Part shown: positions 59,684-64,000 of the stretch, one piece after another
Layout: each line of letters opens with the position of its first letter
Position numbering within the stretch: position 1 is the stretch's first letter
Assembly: GCA_047495785.1 (NCBI GenBank)
Contig: JBLDXI010000020.1
Location: forward strand, 1,426,001-1,490,000
Reading direction: 5' to 3'
Length of the DNA: 64,000 bases
Source of the DNA: Lepidodermella squamata
Taxonomy: Eukaryota; Animalia; Gastrotricha
Position numbers and translations under genes: made by a program
Notes under the pieces: model-generated
Database searches by the model: none
What the model was told of the DNA's origin: nothing
What the model saw: only the letters and a program-made list of their open reading frames with translations

Positions 59684-62600
59684 ATGAATATTCCCGAGAG
59701 AATTCGAAGCCTCGACTTCACGGGTTTGTCTCACTTATATGCAAACTGTTATCGAACGAGAGCTATTTTTAGATTCCAAGTCCATGGATAGTGCAATAAC
59801 GTCCCTAGCCGATAACAGATCGATATATGCGCAAATGGGTATCTTGGGAAGAGGCATTTGGAAAACGCAAGATGCTATTTTAACCGGAACTCAGCGATAC
59901 GCCAGCGGTTGCTTAGACAAGGAAAGCGATAAAATGATATAAATTGCCGTGTTATTAGGCGATTGCAATGTATCTGGAGCAGAATTATGCTGGCCAGAGG
60001 AAGCTATCTTAACGAAACATTTGGCTCCAACATCGCTTGATGGTACCCCGGTACAGACTTGGGCGGAATATTACGAGCTATGGCATCTTGTCAAATGGAA
60101 TCCGATTTCTATACTTTTGTGTCCTGTAATGACGCTGTATAGAATCATCAGTCGGCATTGCCAGGCTTTAAATCGATGCGGTACTGAGAAATTAAGTGTT
60201 CATGTCATCGGAGTGGAGATTGAAGCTGATCTTTTAGTCTTGTTTGAGGTAAGCAAACTTTTTCCCGAAGCCATATCATGCCATATCATGCAAAAACAAG
60301 TAATGAAAAAAAATCAATTATTCCGGCTGATAAATCATAACTTAGCGCGATAAAAACAGATAAAAAACTGGGTTCCCAATGTCTGTGTTTTTATATTTAC
60401 GGAAAATTTCAGGTGCACACAGTACTTATTAGTAGGCTTGTAGAGGTTCATCTTTCCTTCAAAAATAGTGATGTTGAAGTGTCAGGGAAGGTTCATCAAG
60501 GTTCGTCAAGGTTCGATCGTCAATCGTTCCACTGATTGACCATCTCTTGTATGCGAATATGCGTTGACCCAGCGGTATCATTTTGGCTTCCGTCATCTTC
60601 ACAAATATGTTTTGGACTGCATCGAGTTTTTCCAAGCTTCGCCGACGCCGCGAATGTGTATGGTACCATGGCGAATTCGAGGTATGATAGAACTTAAGCA
60701 TTTTCAAGCTGGCGTGTCGATAAGTAGGGCCTTTGGTAACTGAGTCTTAGGAGTTTGATTGCTCTGTTGGCCTGACCGTTCTTCTTAGTCATGCATTCTT
60801 CCATTGATAGACCAGTTTCGAGTAATAGGCCCAAGGCCCAGTAACGTTGTGGTGGCTGTGTCGTGGAATTGGTGCTTTCGAGCGAGCTATCTTCTTTTTC
60901 CGTAGTTGAAATGGGGATAGGAGAACCTTGTGTCTACCCTCTTCTTCGGATCTATCGAGACTCAGTGAGCTCTCGCCCAATTTTGCCGTATTAAGCCGTT
61001 TTCTTTATACAGCAATGCAATGAAATCACAGACGATATTTAACGGAAGTAAATCTCAAGCCCCATATAGAATTAAAAATTCGTTGAACCTTAATTGCGCA
61101 TGGATTCACGAATTTAAGTACCGCGGTGTGGGGTGACTAGTTTGGAAAAGTCTCTTTTTCGCAACATTTAGACCTGGAAACGGGAGATTACCAGAGACGG
61201 AAGATCGGGAAAATATGACCCATGAGACCCATCCTCCTCACCCTCACTGCTTGGAACCTATACAGTTTTCCCGAATTCTAGAAGTAGTCTCAGTTTTACA
61301 TCGATTGGTATTAGCAGCCAAATCGGGCTTCAGTTTCTCAGAATTCAGAAACAACATACAGCAAAACAGAGAGGTCTTCCGAGATCACGTCGTTTGACTC
61401 AGCGACCTTAGACTAATTACTATAGCGACTATTCGAACTATTCGAAATACAAGCAGCGGCAATATGACCGTGCTTGCCACAGGAATTACAGTCGTAGTCT
61501 CGATACTGACGATTTGCGCGGATGACCACAGTTTGATCATAAGACTATAAAACATCAATTTGTCTAAGACTAAGTTCCCTGAGCTTTCGAAGAACGTAGG
61601 CAGCAGTTCAGGTTGATCGGGGTGACCCGTGTCCATCAAATTGAGCAAGCGAGCTAGTTGCGAAATGAGAGTGATGGAACGAAAAGGCTTTTTCGAGGTG
61701 TTGATGTTGTAGAATGAGGTGCTCTATTCGTCACCAGCCGGCAACTTTACCTGCGACGGGTGGATCAACGCCGCAAATTAGTCAAGTGTTTGGATGACGA
61801 AATTGAGCAGGTATGAATAGTGCATCGCATCTGATTAGTAGCAGTGTTTTTGGCTACTTCGACCGGGAGGAATAGAAAATTTTGCCCATCTATGTCTACC
61901 GCGCGTCATTTAATTCTCTAATCCCCCGATCATACAGCAGCTGTACCAAGCGTTGCTGCAAATCATCGGCGTACATTGCGCCAGTCCTTTCGAAGCATCA
62001 AGCTTGTCGGCGCGCCACAAACCTTTGGGCTGGGATGCCGCAAATGATTTCAAATGGGGCCATTCCGCTAACGTTTGGTGAGGTGAAGTGTTGTACGCTC
62101 GGGCTGCCAGTCGAAGCTCCTTGTCCCTATCTCGACCATTTCTCAGAGGTAAGACCATGCCATGAAGGAAGAGGATAGGTCGAAACACTGGACAGATTTC
62201 TTGTCAAAACAATGTACTCGTTATACTGGTGATCGTAAGGACCAGCATTTGGATACGGGAAATGATTGTTAACTTGTTCTCTAACCCATTCTGGTAGTAG
62301 TATGGGTCCAGTGTCAAAGGTTTTCCTTGGTAGATTTATGTGTGAAACGGTGTACCCTCCACCGCTGGCCATCACCCAACATTTGTAACTGAATCTGATA
62401 GGCTTTCCTTTAATGAACATTTTCAAAGAGTTGGCATCAAAATAAACAATCATGCATTCTTCGATCGAAATTTCCGTTGTGAAATAACCAAACTGTTTGG
62501 AATTTCAATTTGGTTCCTAATTGTGGGTTGCATCTCATTTGACATAAACTGAGTAGATTCAAGGCCCAGAAATTGACGAATTCAAGTTGGCTTTTTCTAG

Positions 62601-63380
62601 ACTGGGTATCCCACTCATGAATCTTTACTTCAAGCTTTCGATTCCTAATAAATCGAAACATTTCAACACGCCGAGTACACCCCGCATGATTCACCTTATA
62701 TTATGATGAATACTTTATCAAAATAGCCGAGTTGTTTCCAAATTGTTCTGACGTCCTAAATCATCTTAGTTTTTTATTCATTTTCACGTCTTATTTGATT
62801 CATTTTGAACTTCGTGCTTCCTAGGAGCTGAATCGGTTGCTACCATATTCGATTGATCTCACTTTCGTCGGCTGCAATTTATCGTCAAGACTTCATGGCA
62901 AAAGTTTCCAGTTCGAAATTAACGATAGAAGATTGACATTGAAAATTCACAAGGGATTATATCAAGACTTTCTCGATCATAGCAACAAACCTTCTATTGC
63001 GATAGGTAGCTTGATTCTCTAATTTTCATCAATCGAACGTCTCTGTATTTCAGCTCTGAATGCTGGAATAGGGGTTTGTCCTGAATGGCTGCCAGCTTTG
63101 AGGAAGCTTAAGGTATTTACTCGTAATTTTGACTTCGATTTTCTTTAAATTTCTTTCATTTCAGGCGATCGATTGTCCCTTTTTCGCAACCGATTTTTGC
63201 AAGGAAGCAGTTGATTTTTCTGGTGGATATTTACGCCACCACAAATTGGGACATGTCAAATGCGTAGAGGAGAATCCATTTCAGTCTCCGATCAGGGCCA
63301 TTTTTTGCGATGACGCCACCGACTATCAGCCCGAGGCACGCAGTAACAAATGTGTTTACTCAATTGAATGGCAATCTTAG
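59684..63380 (+). CDS. MSS51/ZMYND15 C-terminal-domain-like protein; 6 exons with a 2576-nt intron (60249-62824)
   Basis: TWAEYY, CPVMTLY, VHVIGVEIE, LTFVG, KGLYQDF, ALNAGI, WLPAL, FATDF, EENPFQSP follow the motif order I recall for MSS51/ZMYND15. Confidence 0.75.
60590..60700 (-). mobile_element. Degenerate LINE RT C-terminal fragment
   Basis: NSPWYHTHS...LEKLDAVQNIFVKM resembles the W-x-P...LExVQrxF motif of CR1/L2/I elements. Confidence 0.35.
62040..62140 (-). mobile_element. Retroviral-like integrase fragment
   Basis: DKELRLAARAYNTSPHQTL matches the 'AYNTs.h.t' segment of Gypsy/Ginger integrase cores. Confidence 0.55.
62340..62450 (-). mobile_element. piggyBac-family transposase fragment
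   Basis: LKMFIKGKPIRFSYKCWVMASGGGY matches the K-x-[YF]-I-x-x-K-P-x-[RK]-[FW]-G-x-K-x-W...GY piggyBac motif. Confidence 0.75.
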
Positions 63381-64000
63381 TTTTTTTCTGTTCACAAAAT
63401 TTGATAATAAAAATGAAAGGCGTTGGGTGATTACTATACCAGAAAAATCAGGCTGATTGATTCTAAGTGGCCGTTGCCACGTGCCTTGTCTGGGCAGCTT
63501 GCGCCGCGCACGTGACCGACATGAGAAAGCCGCAGAACAAACGTGACAATTAGCGCCGTTATCGTACGATTGGCGGTTCTTTTGAACAGCCGATAAAGTA
63601 ACTTATGGGGCGAGAGATATGGCATGCGAGTGGATGACACCGTCTGGCGGTCGTGTGTCTTATCATTAGCGCGTTGAATTGCGTTATTTTATTGGGCCAT
63701 GTAATGCATCAAGTGGTGATATATCCATGTTGCGCGCGCATGAAGTGCGCGAGACCGAAACTTTTATTAACGAGTGAAATTTAGTGTGAAAAAGTGAGTG
63801 TGTTATTTATTGCAACACGAGTTGAAACGAATCCACATGCGCGCTCGGTCAGCAGAAAGTTCAGCTGAGGGTCGCTGCGTTTAATACATATACGAGCCGC
63901 GCGTATCAGGATCCATCACGTTTACACGAGCGCGCTTAAATAGGCGATTCGATCCGCCAACTTTCTTCTCGTTTCTTCTTCTCCGTCTTGCTCTTCTGCT

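Overview
Compact, intron-rich animal genomic DNA; most introns are 45-65 nt GT-AG. A hunchback gene that retains an N-terminal finger and the 'extra' finger points to a protostome, probably not a holometabolous insect (inference). Gene order: SDHA(+), hunchback(-), ATP synthase F1 alpha(+), two tandem divergent neuropeptide-type GPCRs(+), a full-length non-LTR retrotransposon(-), Sec23(+), KCNQ(+), a small secreted Cys-rich protein(+), DUS3L(-), a centlein-like coiled-coil gene(-), a CR1/L2 RT remnant(-), AHCYL/IRBIT(+) and an MSS51/ZMYND15-like gene(+). The most striking object is the 5.15-kb RTE-X-like LINE at 25842-30994. It is flanked by a near-perfect 338/339-bp direct repeat lying outside its AATAAA-(CATTGG)3 tail, which looks like a giant target-site duplication. 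Its ORF1 and ORF2 are in one frame separated by a single UAG, with no AUG before the first endonuclease motif, suggesting stop-codon read-through. Secondary signals: splice-acceptor-like sites just upstream of most start codons plus a 144-bp same-strand spacer (possible SL trans-splicing/operon), several TIR elements (one carrying a C2H2 finger), a PPG gating hinge in KCNQ, and an RFxV motif with alternative N-terminal exons in IRBIT. All exon models were built by eye; family calls rest on remembered motifs, and no searches were run.
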